Source: a virus
Taxonomy: Duplodnaviria; Caudoviricetes
Reading direction: 5' to 3' (one strand)
IMG/VR virus record: IMGVR_UViG_3300037423_000406
Span: 1-24,572 of that record
Length of the DNA: 24,572 nucleotides
The notes beneath the pieces are model-generated. The model was not told the DNA's origin and made no database searches. It was given only the letters and a program-made list of their open reading frames with translations. The position numbers and the translations under genes were made by a program. Below are positions 24,188-24,572 of this stretch, in pieces. Position 1 is the first letter of the stretch, and each line of letters begins with the position of its first letter.

Positions 24188-24572
24188 TCATTTCTTGCCC
24201 GCCAGTTCCATCGCGTCGCGCACATCGTCCGGCGCGAGCTTGGCGTACCGCTCCGTCGTCGAGGCAACTGTCTGGCCCAGCGCCTTGCCGATCGTGTAGA
24301 TCGGAACCCGCTTCTGGACGGCCCAGCTGGCGAAGGTATGCCGCAGGACGTGCGGGCTGAAGCCCTCGACGCCGGCCTTCTCAGCGTGCGCGATGACGGC
24401 CTTGGCGACCCGGCCTATGCCTTCCCCTGCCCAGGCCACCACATAGCGGCTGGTGGCGTGCTTATGGGCGTGCAGCAGCATCCTGCGCACCTTCCGCGTC
24501 ATCGGCGTGATCGTGCGACGCTTCTTCGTCTCCCGCCGGCCGGGCTTGCGGAAGTCGATCAGGCCGCGGTGG
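24188..24572 (-). CDS. int: Tyrosine recombinase / phage integrase, C-terminal part (runs off the right edge)
   Basis: TKKRRTI.PM strand, H-x-x-R box (PHVLRHTFASW), LGQ......TERY with the catalytic Tyr. Confidence 0.93.
   Translation of the reverse strand, partial: HRGLIDFRKPGRRETKKRRTITPMTRKVRRMLLHAHKHATSRYVVAWAGEGIGRVAKAVIAHAEKAGVEGFSPHVLRHTFASWAVQKRVPIYTIGKALGQTVASTTERYAKLAPDDVRDAMELAGKK

Larger units (their letters stand above)
1..24572. mobile_element. Temperate P22-like (short-tailed) phage genome segment: late operon, lysis cassette, attP and integrase
   Basis: Contiguous terS-terL-portal-scaffold-coat-gp4-gp10-ejection-tail-lysis order. There is no tape measure, sheath or tube gene. 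An integrase lies at the right end and no intact host housekeeping gene is present. Confidence 0.95.

Overview
The whole window is part of a high-GC temperate podovirus-type (P22-like) phage genome. Its host is most likely an alphaproteobacterium, inferred from gene content and GC. Left to right on the + strand it holds: the 3' end of a probable replication gene; a NusG-family regulator in the position lambdoid phages use for Q; a ~300-nt structured leader; terminase, portal, scaffold and P22-type coat; a glycosyltransferase inside the head module; head-tail, tail-hub and ejection proteins; three receptor-binding or polysaccharide-acting proteins; and a lysis cassette. After these come a pair of divergently promoted structured RNA candidates with identical 9-bp closing stems, four small leftward genes, an apparently intact attP carrying the 5' end of a HAD-hydrolase gene, and the 3' part of a tyrosine integrase. 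The most unusual items are the twin-RNA cassette (22518-22761), the NusG paralog plus structured leader, an RcGTA-like head-spike system with an SGNH esterase fibre, the head-module glycosyltransferase, a three-repeat tail-plug candidate and the HAD-gene-replacing attP. All family calls come from motif recognition and synteny; no database searches or folding programs were run.
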